IMG/VR virus record: IMGVR_UViG_3300045988_138661
Strand: one strand, 5' to 3'
Length of the DNA stretch: 64,000 nt
DNA from: a virus
Below are positions 24,315 through 39,092 of this stretch, piece by piece. The notes below the pieces were generated by a model. It made no database searches and was not told where the DNA came from. It saw only the letters and a program-made list of their open reading frames with translations. The position numbers were made by a program, and so were the translations under genes. Within the stretch, counting starts at the first letter, position 1; the number at the start of each line of letters is the position of its first letter.

Positions 24315-27300
24315 TTAACCTGTTATGTCTCGTCCATTAAGAGTTAATGAACCATTTATTACAACAGGGCCGTCTAAATAAATAGAGTTATTAGTTACAT
24401 TTAAATAATATCCTGAACCGCCCATCATACCAACTGTTCCATTTCCCTAAACAATAAATTTAGCGCCTTCTTCATTATTCCAATAATGTAAATAAACATT
24501 TCCTGACCCCTATTTATAATTAAGGATTTGGCTTACATATGCTAATTGGCTAATAGCGTCGTCCGCCCTTGCCTAAGCATTAGCTATATCTTGAGTCCAT
24601 GTGATAGAAGCCGTTGCCAAATCACTAGCTTCTTTGGCGGCTTTTCCAATCTAATTTAAAATATAACTTAAACTTCGATCGCCATAAGTCCATTCATCAC
24701 CCGTGCTACCGGTATAATTAATTATAATGTCGCCTTTAAATGTACCAGTATTGGCAGTAATAGAACCATCATTTAAATTTATATACATTCCTGTAGTTCC
24801 ATCTGTAGTATAATTTTTAGACTTTAAATAATAACTATTATCTCCTACATTCATTAAAGTAGTATTACTAACAGGGTCTTTAATTGTTAAATATGGACTA
24901 GATTTATTTAATAAAAAAGCACTATAATTATTACTTTTACCATCTATTTTACTTTCTTTTAAATCAATTAAAAGACCATTACCGCTATCATAACCAGCGG
25001 ATTTTATTTTCCCAGAATCGCCTTTAATTTCAATCTAACCATTTCCAGATTTACCAAATGTCGCAGTACCATCATCTTTTAAAGCATAAACCTATTTACC
25101 TTGGTAATATCCATAAACACCAGTATTTTTACTAAGACTACTATCTGATTTATTATCACCAAAAGATCCCATTAAGACACCAGTAAATGTATTATTATTT
25201 TCTTTTTTACCAGCCGCGATCTGAGCAACACCAATAAAATTATTATCACTATCTATATTTAACTATCCGTCCCACTTATTTACCATTGCTGATGGATATT
25301 TATTCTAAATGACTAAAATAGGTTGACTCCAAACTATCTTGCTTCCCTATTTTCCTTGAACTCCATAAGTGCTTACTCCATCAACATAAAAGTTCATAGG
25401 ACTTAATCTATATTCTTTTTTCTTATCATTATATTTAATCTATCCAATAAATTTATCGGTAGATCCAGTGGGATAAATACTCCAAGCCGCAGTTTCATCT
25501 ACTTCGCCATCTATAAATAATTTATAAGGCTCTTTAGAAAATGTAGGTTCACCATTACTTAAATAAATTACCTCTGTTGGACCATTTATATAAGCATTAT
25601 CTAAAATCGTAATAGGAACTGGATAATAAGCAGTTAAATCATAATCTCCCCACCCAGATAACTTTACCTATAAAATAATTAAATTATTCATTATAGAATT
25701 TGTGGTATTAACTCTTAACACGCAATTCTAATTATTAGTATTCTATAAATCAACATTATTAACCGTTGATCCAGACATAAAGCTCCAAGTCCAATTACAT
25801 TTTTTAAAATCAGTAATTTCCTTACCTTCATTATCATATAGCTAAGCTCTAAAAGTATAATTATCTCTTACACCACTTTTTATAGCAGTAAATACTTTAT
25901 TATTTAAATTCTCGTGAGCTATCATATCAATTACTAAAGTACAGTCAGTACCATTAGTTCCTGCCTATCCAAAAGTGAAATCTTTAATGGCGGTATAAAC
26001 AATACCATCTTTTTCCACCTTGGCAATTACGGTATTATTAGATTTATTACTACTATAAAAAGTATTAATAGTATAATTTAAAGAAAATTCTCCAGGAGAA
26101 ACATTGACGTTTTCATTAGTTAAATCAATAATAATTTCTTTATAAGTAGCATCAGTTTCATCATCTTTAACACCAAAATTAAGCATAGTATTTTTAATAG
26201 GAATTTGCCAAATTACTCTCTAAGCTTCAACTAATTTACTTTCTCCATCCTAATTTTTACCAATTATACCATTATTAATAGCATAAGTCTTAGAATCAAA
26301 ATGTAAAGTTAATTTACGACTAATCTTTCCATCTGATCTATTCATCAAATAATTAGCCTAATTATAAATTAAATAATTACCGTTAGTCTAATCTCCACAG
26401 TGAATAGACAAAGCATTTAAACTATCAATAGTCGCATCATTAGGAACTTGTTTTTCATTATTAAAAGTAATTATATTACTTCTATAAACTTTTCCATTAT
26501 ATAAAATAATTACTTTAACCTATTCTTGATTTTTATTAGAGCGCGGTTTTAGCTAATAATAAAAATTATTTTTATTATCTTCAATCGCAGTCCAATAGAC
26601 ACCAGAATATTCGTCTGCGGACGGCGCTCCAAATTCATACCTATACCAACGGACTTCAAAAGTATCATCTTTTTTATGCTCGGTTATTTGAGTTCTATTG
26701 CCATCTTCATCAAAATGAACCCATTTTAATCTAATAATTTTAGAATCAATCTAACCTTTATCATCAATTACGTAAGTACTTCCATCTAATGAATATAATC
26801 TTACATATTCATTTTCAATTTCGTCCGCGGAAATACCTAATCCCATATATATATCTTTTACAAAGATATTATTAGGCGGAATTGACATATTAAAATCATT
26901 GGCATAACTAATTAAATTATTATTACTATCTTTAAAATTACCTTTTTGATATAAAAATATTTTTATATTATATATTTTAGCTACTGCGCTAGTATCAATA
27001 ACAATTTCTTGAGAATAGTATCCTTCAAAATTATAAGGATTGCCATACATATCATTAGTATCTAAATCAATAGATGCAATTAAAGGGATTTCTCCATTAT
27101 TTTTAATACTATTTTCTATTTTTTTAATATTATCCGCAGTATCATCTTTAATACCATATATATTTAATTTTAATCCATAATTACCACTTACTACGCCGAG
27201 CGTTTCAAGCCAGGCGCGGAAATCGGCACGCAGCCCTAACCGCGTAAATCCCTATTGCTCATCAGTAAAAGTAATTCCGCCATTTGGGGTAATCTCAATT

Positions 27301-27713
27301 TCCTCTTCATTGCCATTAGCTAAGATACTCCAAACTTCTTTATTATTATCTTTGGCAATAAAGAAATTACCAGTTAAATCAATAAAAGTATTAAAAGGAT
27401 TGACAAAATTATATGGCTTATCTTCATTTTTATCTGTCTTTTTACCGACAATAAATTTAGTGCTATTATAATCTCCTTTTGGGATCTATACATAGACTTT
27501 ATCGCCTTTATTATAAGTGGTTATTTGGGAATAAGCATAAAATTCCGCATAAGATTCATTTTTAACCTTATACTTACCAATAAGTTTATCAGTTGCATCA
27601 ATAATGGTACATTCAATGGTACTATCAAATTTAACTTTATCAACACTTGAATTAGCAATAATACTCATTGCTTGACATAAACTTTCTTGAATATTTAGTG
27701 CCTTATCAGCCAA
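24315..27713 (-). CDS. Very large tail protein of about 1132 aa, with many TAG and a TTG start.
   Basis: ORFs 27486..27713, 26751..27050, 25965..26186 and 24651..24854 share one frame. TAA at 24317-24315 was hand-checked. SD aaaaggagggattattTTG. Internal gaps were not all checked. Confidence 0.4.
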
Positions 27714-27792
27714 AATAATCCCTCCTTTTACTCATTACTCTATAATTTTCTAAAAAATTAATTAGTTTTATTCAATATAATTACCCAAAAAG

Positions 27793-27836
27793 AAAAAGGG
27801 TGAAGCCTATAAGACTTCACCCTTAATTTTATTTTC
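27793..27836 (-). terminator. Intrinsic terminator after the tape measure gene (agggtgaag cctataag acttcaccct plus T-run).
   Basis: 10-bp stem followed by 5 or more T on the minus strand. Confidence 0.6.
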
Positions 27837-30800
27837 TATTGGCATACTAAGAAGCTACATTAACTAATGTATTAAATGCTTCTTGAATTTCGTATCTATC
27901 AGTAGCGTTCGGGAAACTAGCTTCAATTCTAACATTCTGCTCTAATGTTCCATCTTGAGAATTAACAGTAAATCCAGAAGAAGAAAGAGTAGAGATTTGT
28001 TGACTATTGAAGTCTAATTGTTTTGCGATCTATCTAACTAATTGAATAGAAGCTAACATATTTTCCGTGTCATCAGCATTAAGAACTAATTCTTTCTAAT
28101 GTAAGAACGCTAATTTTCCATCATCATTCCAAGTGCCAGTATAACCACCACTTCTAAATCCAACTAATTGTTTCCAAACATTATCAGGAATATCAGTAAA
28201 ATGACTATAAGTTTTTCCATTATAACTAATCGGCAATGCTAATCCTTTACGATAAAAAGCATCAACACGGGCGGTAGTAGCAGCTTCAACGTCATATCCT
28301 CCCCTAATAACGTCTTCACGATTCTAATAATATTCATTATATTTGTCAGAACCATATTCAACTTGACCCATTTTTTCAGACCAATCAACTCTTGTTAAAG
28401 AATTACTACTTCCACTACCAAATCCGCTCTAAGCGCGCAATGTTGCTTGAATAGCGTTCAAAAGCTCTTCATAAGCTCTAATAGTATCAAGTAATTGCTG
28501 ACGATGTTGTGCCCAAGCTTCAGTAGCACTACGAACGGAACTTAACTCGTTTTCAAGAGCAGGAATAACTCTATTAGATACTTCTTGATAAAGTTTATTA
28601 CTTTCATCAGTAACATCTTTAACTTTCTATTGAGTGTCTTTTAAATCATCCCCAACAATTTTACTAATTTCATCCATACTATCTTGCCATTCTTTAAATG
28701 TATCATTGATAATATTAGTATTTTCAGTAATAGTGTCTTTCCAACTATTACTGTTATCTTTGATAATATCAAAAGAATTTACCCAAGCATCTTGAACTAC
28801 TCTACTGTCTTCTTCTTGCGCTTTCGCATAAAGATTTCCAGCAGTAGTAATTAAATCAGTATATTGTTGAATTACTAATGCGCGTTCTTGCTGATATGTA
28901 GTCTCGCGGTAAACGGCATCTTCCGCGGCTTTCTAATCAAGTTCCGCAAGCTTTTCAGCCAACTCTTTCTCATATTGAAGTTTTTGTTGACCATATTTAT
29001 TTGTCGCATCAAGGCGAATATTATATAAGTCATTTTCCGCGTCTGCCAAAGCCTATTGCGCGTCATTTACTTTCTCTTGGTCTGCGGTATACACATAACC
29101 AAAATTACCCTCATTATCACGTTGCAGTCTAACTGTAGACTTTGCGTTTTGAGCTTCCTCTAATGCAATTTGTGCTTCAAGCACTTTATATTTAGCCTAA
29201 GCAATTTCTAATTCTAATTGACTTAATTTATCTTTATCTCTTAACTACTCAATTTCTTTAGTAAATTGCTGGTATCTATTTTTAGCTGCTTGATTATTTG
29301 TCTTATCAATAGCCTAATTAACATTATTAAGTAGTTTATTCATTTCATAAATCTAATTAGTCTTTGTTAAATATTCATCTTGATAAGAAGACATTCTATC
29401 CAAAGCATCATTTAAAGCATCCCAACCAGAAATATTAAAGTTATTACCATTAATACTCACTTTAGTAGTGCTCAATTGCTTATTCATTTCATCCGCAGCT
29501 TGTTCCATCTTTGTAGTAAGAATTTCTTTTAATGCTTCACCATATTCTTCCGCTTTAGAAAGCATATCCTCTTCCGCTTCATCGAACGCGGCTAATATAG
29601 CATCATAATTCTTTTGAAGCACTTCACGCTCAGCCTCATCAGTTGAACTGGCTAAAGCCGCGGCCGCTGCATCACGTTCACGTTTCAAACTTTCATACCA
29701 TTGTTTAGAAGCATCAAAATTATTTTTCTTAGTCTAAGCAGTTCCATTTAAAACTGATAAAACTTTATCATAATCTTTATCTTTACCTAACAAAGTAATA
29801 ATAGAACGATAATGATCCAATACACTAGTCAAATGCTCCATATGATCTGTATATTTAGATAATTCATCATTTGCTAAATCTATAGTATTACCATAATATT
29901 CAAGCATTTCTTTATCTAAATCCTATAAAGCATTTAAATTATCTAATGTATTATCATATACATCTTGTAAGCCTTCAATATAATTTTCTTGAGAAATTTC
30001 TCCATTAGAATAAGCATTATTTAACTGACCATAGAAATTTTCGTAAGTTCCTAACTGACTAATTACTGGATCAAATTGACCTTGTAAATATCCAAGAGCT
30101 TCAGCAGCTTTATAAATATTATCACTTAATTTATCAAAATAATATTCTAATTTCTTAGTATCATTTTCATCTAATTGGACTTTTACTTCAACTTCATAAG
30201 TAAGCATTTGATAATTTTTATCTTGCCACTCATTTATTTTATCTTGAATATTATCAGTTAATTCTTCGACTAAATCTCTTGTATCTTCATATTGACTAAT
30301 GGCGTCTTTTAACTCATCAATTTTCTTTTGAATCGGATCTAAAGTTGCTTCTTTATAAGCATCTTGAGCGTCTTTTGTAGAAAAAGAATTTGCTTTATCC
30401 TAAGCGGCTACAAGCTAATTATAAAGTTTAGTCATCTAATCAGTATAATTAGAAATATCACCATCTTCATCAAATGTGAAAGTAATTCCAGCTTTTTTCG
30501 CAGCTTGCTATAAAGTAGCTTTATCTGTCTTTAAATAAGCCTAAGCTTCTTTTTGCTTTTGTTTTAATAAATCAACTTCCTTAAGAGTTAATTTATTACT
30601 TTTAGCCATTGCATCAAGATGAGCTTTGCCCCAAAGCCTATCGGCAGATTTATTAGCTTTATCTAAAGCACGAGTAGTATCATTGATGCTATCAGTTATT
30701 TCTTTATATCTATCAACGACATCAGATTTTTTAGATTTATCAATTTTAGAAGGCTTAGAAGAAGAAGAACCACCACTTGATTTGCTTCCTCCTCCTGACC

Positions 30801-33800
30801 CTCCAGAATTAGTAGAAGAATGATTGTTCGAACTGCCGGTAGCTTTTCGATGAAATCCCTAAATTTTAGGAGGAGTTTTTCCGCCGCTAAAAGATACTAA
30901 ACGCATACCGCCAGGAGATTTTGTAGGTTCCTCAGCTTTTGTTTCTGTTATTGTTGAAATTGAAGGTAAATTAATAGTATGTTTACCTAAGAATCCAAGA
31001 TCAAAAGTTTTAGGATTGTCAGCCTTAATATCTACTACGCGAGTAATAGTTTCAGCATTTGGCATTTCCGCAGAGGTATCAATATCTTCTGCGTTATAGA
31101 CTGGTTCATAGCCAATTCCTGCAAAATAAGCATTAGCTTCATCTGCAGTCATCTAAGATTCCTTAACTAAGTTATTAGCTGCTTCTAAGAAATCAGCATC
31201 ATCAACTTTTGCTCCAATCTCAATGGTCGGATCAAGTTTAGAGCAAGCATCTTTAACTTTCTAGTCTAAAGAATTTATCTAAGCAGTAAATTCTTCATCT
31301 TGTCCTAAAGTGATTCTAGCAATAATCTCTTCATCCATTGAATTTCTTAAAGAATCAATAGCTTTTTCATCGCCTTTAGCTGCTTTAGCAATTTCATCTA
31401 AATGGCTAGTAACAAAATCATCTGAAATAAACTCTTCTTCAACATCAAGGACATCAGATAAAGCAGAACGGGTTTTAGTTAAAGCATTAAAATATTCTTG
31501 ACTGCCCTTAGTACTATTCTTTAAAATATCATTCCAAGTTTCAAAATTACCTGATAAAGTTTCTACTCCTTTATTCATTCGAGTAATCTAAACTGCTAAA
31601 CGGGCAGCTGCGTTAGCATTCTAAGAAACACTATCATCAAATTCTGATGAATTTTTAGATACTTCAAGAATATAAGAAGCATAATCTTTCATAGACTAAA
31701 CTTCATCATCACTTAGTCCCATTTCTTTACCGGCATTAGTAAAGAAATCAGACATACTATTTAATTCTCCGATAGCATTTAACTCTTTAAGACCATCTTT
31801 AAATTCATCAATGGTTACCTATCCATTAGCTAATTGCTATACTAATCTTTGATAAGCTTCGCTTTGTTTGTCTATATATTTAATACTTTCACTAAAATTC
31901 TATAAATCTTCTTCAGAAGTACCATAGGCTTTAACGATTTTATTAAAATACTTAGTACCTAATTCTGTATCACCAAAAGATTCTTGTAAGCTTCTCTAAA
32001 AACTATCTAAATAATTTAATTGATTTAAATCTAAATTACTTAAATCTATACCGTTTAAAGATTTCTGCAAAGTATTCTATAAAGCTGTAGTAAATTTTTC
32101 AGCTACTTCAGGAGAAGAATAAGCTTCTGCTAACTAACTATAAAATTGATCTGCACTAACTTTTAATTCTTCATCATCGACTTTCAAAATCATATTACCA
32201 TTACGCTAAGCAACATAAGATACATCTTCATATCCTTGCTATTTAAGTAACTAAATATAATCTTGAATTTCTTGCTCATTACCACTATAATTTATATGTT
32301 TATTCCATTTAAAATCTTTCTATAATTTAGATTTCTAATCTGCAACAGTTTGACTATAAATATCTTCTCCATTAAATAAGTCATTTATTTCATCAGCAGT
32401 CCTATCACTTCCAAGAGCTGAAAATTCCGCTTCCAATAAATTATTATATAATAATTTTCCCTATTCTTTTAAAGAAGAATTTTTAATTATCTAATCTTTA
32501 TTTTCTAAAATAAATTGATAAAAAGCTTCAGCAGTCTCATCACTAATAGCTCCAATACTAGTTCCAGTGGCATCTACTATAGCAGTTAATAACTCTCTTG
32601 CTCCTTCTTTAGTATATAACATATTACCAAAGTTAGGATTATCAGCAGCATTCTAAATCATTTCACTTATACCTGCTTTAGTAAGAATACTTTTACTTGA
32701 CACTAAATCAATAATATTCTAAATACCCTAATCACTATCTTTAAATTGATTATAACTATTAGTAATTTGCTAATCATTTACCGCAATCTAGTCTCTTATT
32801 TTTGTCGCAGTAAAAATTTTAAGATTTTCTTTTTGAGATTCTCCTAAATATTTTCGCCCTTCATCACTAATATCCATAGCTCCATTTTCATCAATGCTGA
32901 CGTATTTAGATAACTCAGGATATTTCTCTAATAATTTAGTAATTTCAGCATTAACATCAGAAATGGCTTTATACCATTCAATTGTGCCAGGAACTAAATC
33001 ACCAATTGTATCTTTATAAGACTATAATTTTTCTAATGCTGAGTTAGTTTCATCAATATTATTATTTAATTTATCAAAAGCTTCAGAACTCGCTTTTGCA
33101 TTCTCTTCTAACTTTTTTAATTTTGCTTCTGGAGTGCTTTCCTGCATTTTTTTAAATCCAATAGCAATTAAAGTTACAGCTCCCGCTAAAGCAATAAAAG
33201 CTCCAGCCGCAATAAGCGCAGTTGCGGCAACTAAACTTATACCCATTTTTGCTGCTAATAAAGCTGCCGTCTAAATTAATAAACTATTAGCAAATTTTGT
33301 TGACGCAAGAGCAGCCTAAATCTCTGCTAAAGTCATCTCTTTAGTAATAACTATTTTGCCTTTTCCCGCTGCAGTATTAGCATTTATAGCAATAGTTTCA
33401 AGTAATGTCTATGCTGTTGATTTTAATTGAGCAGCAGTTTTCTTTAATTCTGCTTGTTTAAATTGATTTACAGCAGAAGTTAAAGAAACTAAAGCCATAC
33501 TTAAAGACATAGTAATAGATAATAGTTTATCTCCAATACTCATATCTTCATCTTGTAAGGTATCAATAGCTCCTTTTAAAGACATTAACCCCATTGATAA
33601 AGAAGAAAGGGCTGTAAAACTCTAAGTAATTGATTTACCAAAATCATTTAAAGCACTTTGATATCCGCTAATAGCACTTTTTATCTCGACAAACTAATTA
33701 CGTAATCCTTCGTGACCTTTTTTTACAATTTCAATTTTTTCTTTTAATTTTAATAGAGTATTTCCTAAAGCTTCAGCCAAATCGTCAAATTCTTTAGCAG

Positions 33801-36083
33801 CTTTACCAGTTATTCCAAACTATTCTTTTAAAAATTGTACTCGAGCACTTATTTCAATCGCAGTATCAGATAATAAATCCCCCGCATTTACATTTTCTAA
33901 CTTTTCGAATTCTTCTCTAAAAGCTTTGACATCTAATTCTCCATTTTCAAAACGAGCTGATAAATTTCTCACTGCTTTAGCGGATTCTGTTAAATGTACC
34001 TAATCTAATGCTTTAGCTAATATTTCAAACTCAGCATGAAGCTCGGTAGATCTATTTTTTAAAATCCCAATTTTTTCATTAATGGTATTTAAAGCAGCCG
34101 CTCCTTGGTATCCTGTATCTACGACACCATTTAAACTTTGTCTTATTTGTGAATAACTTTTTAAATTATTTTCTATACTACCATTTTTAGAATCATTTCT
34201 TATAATTGATCTTAAATCAGTATTAATGCTCTATAACTCTTCAGTTACCTAGTCTTTAGCCTAAGCCGCCTTAATAACCTAATCTCCATAAGCCTAATTA
34301 ATTTTAATTAAATTTTCTAACTATTCTCTTTCTTGTGAAGTTATATCACCAGAAATTTTCTAAATTTCTTTTTTTAATTCTAAAGTATATTTTAATTGTT
34401 CACCAGAAACAGCATCTGCTTCAGTAACATTATCAAAAGCCATATTAGATGCTCTAGTATAAGCTTCTTCTTTCATCTACTCAGCAGAGCGTTTAGTGTA
34501 TCCTACCAAAGACTATATACCAAATCCAACATTACTTAATCCCTAAGCGATTTGCTTATTAAAAACTTTGGTAAATATAATTCCAACAGCAGCAATTACT
34601 CCTGGTAAGCCACCCATACTTTCTATTAAATCATTTATTTTATCTAAAACGTCGGCTAATAAATCGTTTAATGTAATAAAAAATTTATCATTAATCAGCT
34701 CAGCATAGACGCTCTATGCAGCTGCTTTTACTCTGTTACTAGCAGCTTCCCAAGATTCCGCATAAATATCAGCTTGTTTTTGAAGAGATCCATCAGCACT
34801 CTATGCTCTAGCAAGATTTTCTTTATAATAATCAAAATGGTCCATCAAAGCAATTAATTGAGTATATTGACGGACACCCGCAACCTATTGTGCTAAAGCC
34901 ACTTGCTAATCTTTATTAATACTCTGCCATTTATTACCCATTTCTTCGATGATGTTATCCATATCTTTTAATTCACCATTAGAATCTTTGATATTAATTC
35001 CAACTTTTTCAAGAGCCTATGAGTATTGATTTAATGTAGTACCATCTTCTAAAGTTTCGCCAAGCTTCAAGCCTTGAATACGAGCAAAGATAGTTTTTAA
35101 AGCTGTACCTACGACATCTTCACTTTGACGAGTAGTAGCAGTAATAGTAGCTAACGCGGCAGCTGCGTTATCAAAGCTTAAACCAATAGTATCAGCGACA
35201 GCGGCGAATTTTTCAAGACCGCCAGCAATTTCGTCAGAGCTAGATGCGGTATCTACACCTAAGCGCACCATCGCATCAGCGTAATGCTCTAATGATTGAC
35301 TTCCATCATAAAAGTTATTCCAAACAGCAGTCATCTGATCTGAAACTATTTCAGCACTTTCACGAGCTACATTTGCCATTTTAATAGTAATATCAGTGCG
35401 TTCTTTTACCTATTCATCATTTAAACCCTATTGATAATAAATTAAAGCAGCGTCAGTATATTCAGTAGTAGTTGTGCTTAAAGTTCTGGCCGCGATATTT
35501 GCCTATTTAGCAAATTTAGCCATCTAATCAGAGCTCTAACCTGTAACAATACGGATATTATTTAAAGATTTATTTAAATCTTGAGCGTATCCATAAGCAG
35601 TCTAAACTGCTCCCATAAAACTATGAATTGCACTTGAAGAAATCTGCCAACGAACTGTATTCTTCATAACAGTCCACATTTCAGATACTAAAGCACTTGT
35701 TCTTTTTAATGGAACGTCAGCCTCAATAATAGATTGAGATAAAGTCATAAAGGCCTTTTGGCCTTCTGGTCCTAATTCCATTAAATTACTCTATAATTTT
35801 TCTAAGTTTAAATTACTCTATCTTAAAGACTAAGAGAACTTAGTCAAATCCATTTTCCCAGTTTTTATATTTACCGTTTGAGATAAAATAGTCTATAACT
35901 TAGAAGCGGCTATTTGTGCTTCCGTCAATTCTTTTGTTATAGGTAATTTTTGAGTTTGAACTTCATTTATTGAAGACTTCAATAAATTATCTAACTAAAA
36001 TTGCAAATCTCTAATTTGATTCTAAGCTGATTTAGCATCAGTAGTAAATTGTAAATTAACCTAATAACTATTTAATTGTTTAG
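27829..36083 (-). CDS. Tail tape measure protein of about 2751 aa, coiled-coil rich, with dozens of in-frame TAG.
   Basis: All ORF fragments between 29353 and 35379 share one frame and each is bounded by CTA (checked at 33022 and 33409). SD gagaaaggagatttctATG at 36083. TAA at 27831-27829. The size and position after the chaperone genes match a tape measure protein. Confidence 0.6.
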
Positions 36084-36209
36084 CCATAGAAATCTCCTTT
36101 CTCTCCAAGTTTTATCTTTATATAAAAATAAAACGGGGATAAGAGCAATTATACTCTTATCCCCATCACTCTATTATTTTTCAAAAAATAATATTATTAA
36201 CTAATTTAA

Positions 36210-36743
36210 TTAGCCCAATTTAGTAAGCACATCTTTCAATAAAGCCATATTATCTGGATCATTTAACTTCTTTTGAATGTCTGTCGCATCCAAATCTAAA
36301 TTACTGTAATCTGCGGAAATTGCTTCCATAATACCCATAGCAGAATTGCGATATGTCACAATATTATTAGCCATTTCATGAGTCGTTTTATTTAAATAAT
36401 AAAATTCTCCATCTGGCACAAGACCAATAATAAGATTAAGCACTTTAGAAGCATTAAGCATATCATAAAGCTTCATTGGATCTTCCTTTTGTTTTTCAGT
36501 AAATGAAATATTACTATAAGCATAAACAATCTCTAAACCAAGATTCATATCTAACTTTAAAAGATTATAATATCCAGTATTTTCATCCACTGAGTTATTC
36601 AATACACGAGTAATCAATTCACTCTTTTCCGCAATGGGAAGATATTGCTTTACTTCAATAGTCTAATCATTGTATTCAACAGTTTGAACTTTATTAAGTT
36701 CATCCTTAGTAATTCCTAATTTATTATATGAAATTTTAGCCAT
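36210..36743 (-). CDS. Tail assembly chaperone-like protein, 177 aa, with one TAG.
   Basis: ATG 36743 with SD aaaggaggctaattATG. Hand-checked through a TAG at 36663. TAA at 36212-36210. Sits immediately upstream of the tape measure gene. Confidence 0.45.
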
Positions 36744-36804
36744 AATTAGCCTCCTTTTACTCTTTATTATATTATACAAAAAATTTTTTATTTAGTCAAA
36801 ATTC

Positions 36805-37848
36805 AATTATTTTTTATTAAATAATAATTCTTCAGTTAATTTTTCGCCATGATAGCGGACTAATCCATCAATACTTTTTTGACTTAATTCTCTTATCTAA
36901 CTAATTCTTTTTTCTTTTTCTTCAATAGTGAAACGATTTATGAAATCAGCAAAACTTTGAGGTGAAAACTATTTATCTCTTAAAATTTTTAACCATTTTA
37001 TTATAGTAGTATATTTCTATGGAGATCCGCCTTCACCCTTAACTGCATATTGGATTTTCCCTCCAGATACATCTCCAATTAAAAATCCATTCATATTATC
37101 AGCATTAATCGCACCCATAGTAGGATCTAACATAAAATAATCAATATTTGTTTCAAGATCTGAATTAAATTTAATATTATTTATATAAAAAGATACAAAT
37201 GCTTCATTAATAGGACCACGAGTAGACATTGTATATCCTTTCCACGAATCTTTATACCATAATATTCTCTTTTTATATTTATTATATCTTAATTCTACTT
37301 GCATTGCTGTATTCTATAATCCTTTATTATCATCATCCGGCAAAGCATTTTTTAAATTTTCATAATGCTAATTCATATCATATTCTAATTTAGCATAATT
37401 ATAACCCTATACAGACGTTTTTTTAACTGCTTGAATATTTTTTATATCATTATCCATTAATCTAATTTCTCTTTGGCCTGTAATTGGATCGACATAGACA
37501 GCAGTAATTTTTATTTCTTGATTTAAAAACTCATTAATTAAATTCTATAAATTAAAAAATTCCTAATAGATTAATATTTTTTTCTACTCTAATAGATTTA
37601 AAGTCATAGTCATTGATTTATTTATTTTACTATTATACTTTTTCTAAATATTATCAAAAATAGTAAAATGATTAATTAATATTTCTGATGATTTTCTTAT
37701 TTTTTCATATAATTCTTTAAAATGTTCCTACTATAACTACTCTTTTACCATATCTTCAGTCCAATAAATAAAATCTTCGGCAATTTTCTAACTTTCTTGA
37801 CTATTATCGCTATAATTATTTTTAATTACCAAATTTAATCCTCCTTTT
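36805..37848 (-). CDS. Hypothetical protein of about 347 aa, TAG-dense (13 or more TAG); possible second chaperone.
   Basis: Continuous frame from just after the terminator at 37858 (SD aaaggagg plus TTG) through ORF 37017..37304. Boundaries are approximate. Confidence 0.3.
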
Positions 37849-37857
37849 CCGCATAAC

Positions 37858-37895
37858 AAAAAAATGGGAGAGAATATTTTTATTCTCTCCCATTA
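37858..37895 (-). terminator. Strong intrinsic terminator after the major tail gene cluster.
   Basis: aatgggagagaat aaaaata ttctctcccatt plus a T-run on the minus strand. Confidence 0.65.
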
Positions 37896-37896
37896 A

Positions 37897-38079
37897 TTAA
37901 TCTTTTTTATCTAATTCAGATAAAATCTTACTTACCTCATCTTCCTCTTGAAGAATTACTTCCTCAATAGGTTCGATAAGCTCTTTCTTTACAGCCTTTT
38001 CTACTTTTGGCTGCTTTTTAGTAGATTCTTTTTTAGGCTGTTTTGGTGGAGTATATTTTACTGGACCTTTTACAACCAT
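37897..38079 (-). CDS. Small Lys/Glu-rich protein, 60 aa, TAG-free.
   Basis: SD attggaggctaattaatATG. TAA stop. Confidence 0.5.
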   Translation of the reverse strand: MVVKGPVKYTPPKQPKKESTKKQPKVEKAVKKELIEPIEEVILQEEDEVSKILSELDKKD

Positions 38080-38084
38080 ATTAA

Positions 38085-39068
38085 TTAGCCTCCAATAGCA
38101 ATGGTGCTATTAGCAGCGGTCTTTCTACGAATATCGTTGTCAACAGTTTCGTCTTCTTCAATAATCTGAATAGCAGCCAAAACTTTCTTACTATGATCGA
38201 AACGAGTATAATCAGGGAATGCGTCCATAGTAAAAGTGAAAGTGGAAGGATCACCAGAAGAAGCCATTGTAAAGTTAAAGTTGGATTGAATCTTGCAGTT
38301 AGGAATAATAAATTCAGCAGGCATATCTACGCCGTCTTGATTGCGGAATAAGGTAGAAGCTTCAAGATAGTAGTTACCACCGAACTTATCAGCAGTAATT
38401 TCAATCTGCTTAGCGCCAGATTCACGCTCAGTATAATAATCAACCATTACGGAGTCGCATTTAGCATAATCATTCTCTAAATCGTTAGTGGTATAAGCCA
38501 CTCCACTAGCACGATCAAATCCTTTTACGGTAATACTAAAACCAGTCTCTCCCGTAGTAACTCCTTCATGCGCCAGATAAGGCTCAGAAATAATTTCGCC
38601 ATCTTTCATAAAGAAAACATAAACATAATCGTCATCTTTATGCTCATTATCAAGATAAGGGGCATAAGAAACAGGAACGATTAGTCCATCAGTCTTAATG
38701 TTTTTTCCAGCGTTAGCAGGGACAATGTCTTTAGTCTTATCAACAGTTTGAGTAATATGTTGCTTAATCTTATTATCAGCAGAAGCCTCAACAAGACCAG
38801 CACCGGAAAGAATCATGAAACCTTCAGGAGAAATAAGAGCATCTTCCATTGTGAAGGTAACAGTACGCTCGCCTTCCCATGCGACTAAGTTAGTATTACC
38901 ACGACCACCTTGTGCGTATACGGTGGTAGCAGCGCCTTCCATACTGGAAGTCTTTAAAGTGTCGAAATAAATAACTGGCTCATTCTTATAAAATTGCTTA
39001 TTACCAATCTTTTGATTAGCCTTTGCCTTTAAAACGACATCGCAAATTTCGCGTACACCAAATTTCAT
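38085..39068 (-). CDS. Putative major tail protein, 327 aa, TAG-free.
   Basis: Strong SD ggaggaaaaaaacctATG. No TAG in a TAG-dense region. Followed by a small gene and a strong terminator. Confidence 0.45.
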   Translation of the reverse strand: MKFGVREICDVVLKAKANQKIGNKQFYKNEPVIYFDTLKTSSMEGAATTVYAQGGRGNTNLVAWEGERTVTFTMEDALISPEGFMILSGAGLVEASADNKIKQHITQTVDKTKDIVPANAGKNIKTDGLIVPVSYAPYLDNEHKDDDYVYVFFMKDGEIISEPYLAHEGVTTGETGFSITVKGFDRASGVAYTTNDLENDYAKCDSVMVDYYTERESGAKQIEITADKFGGNYYLEASTLFRNQDGVDMPAEFIIPNCKIQSNFNFTMASSGDPSTFTFTMDAFPDYTRFDHSKKVLAAIQIIEEDETVDNDIRRKTAANSTIAIGG

Positions 39069-39092
39069 AGGTTTTTTTCCTCCTTAAAAAAT

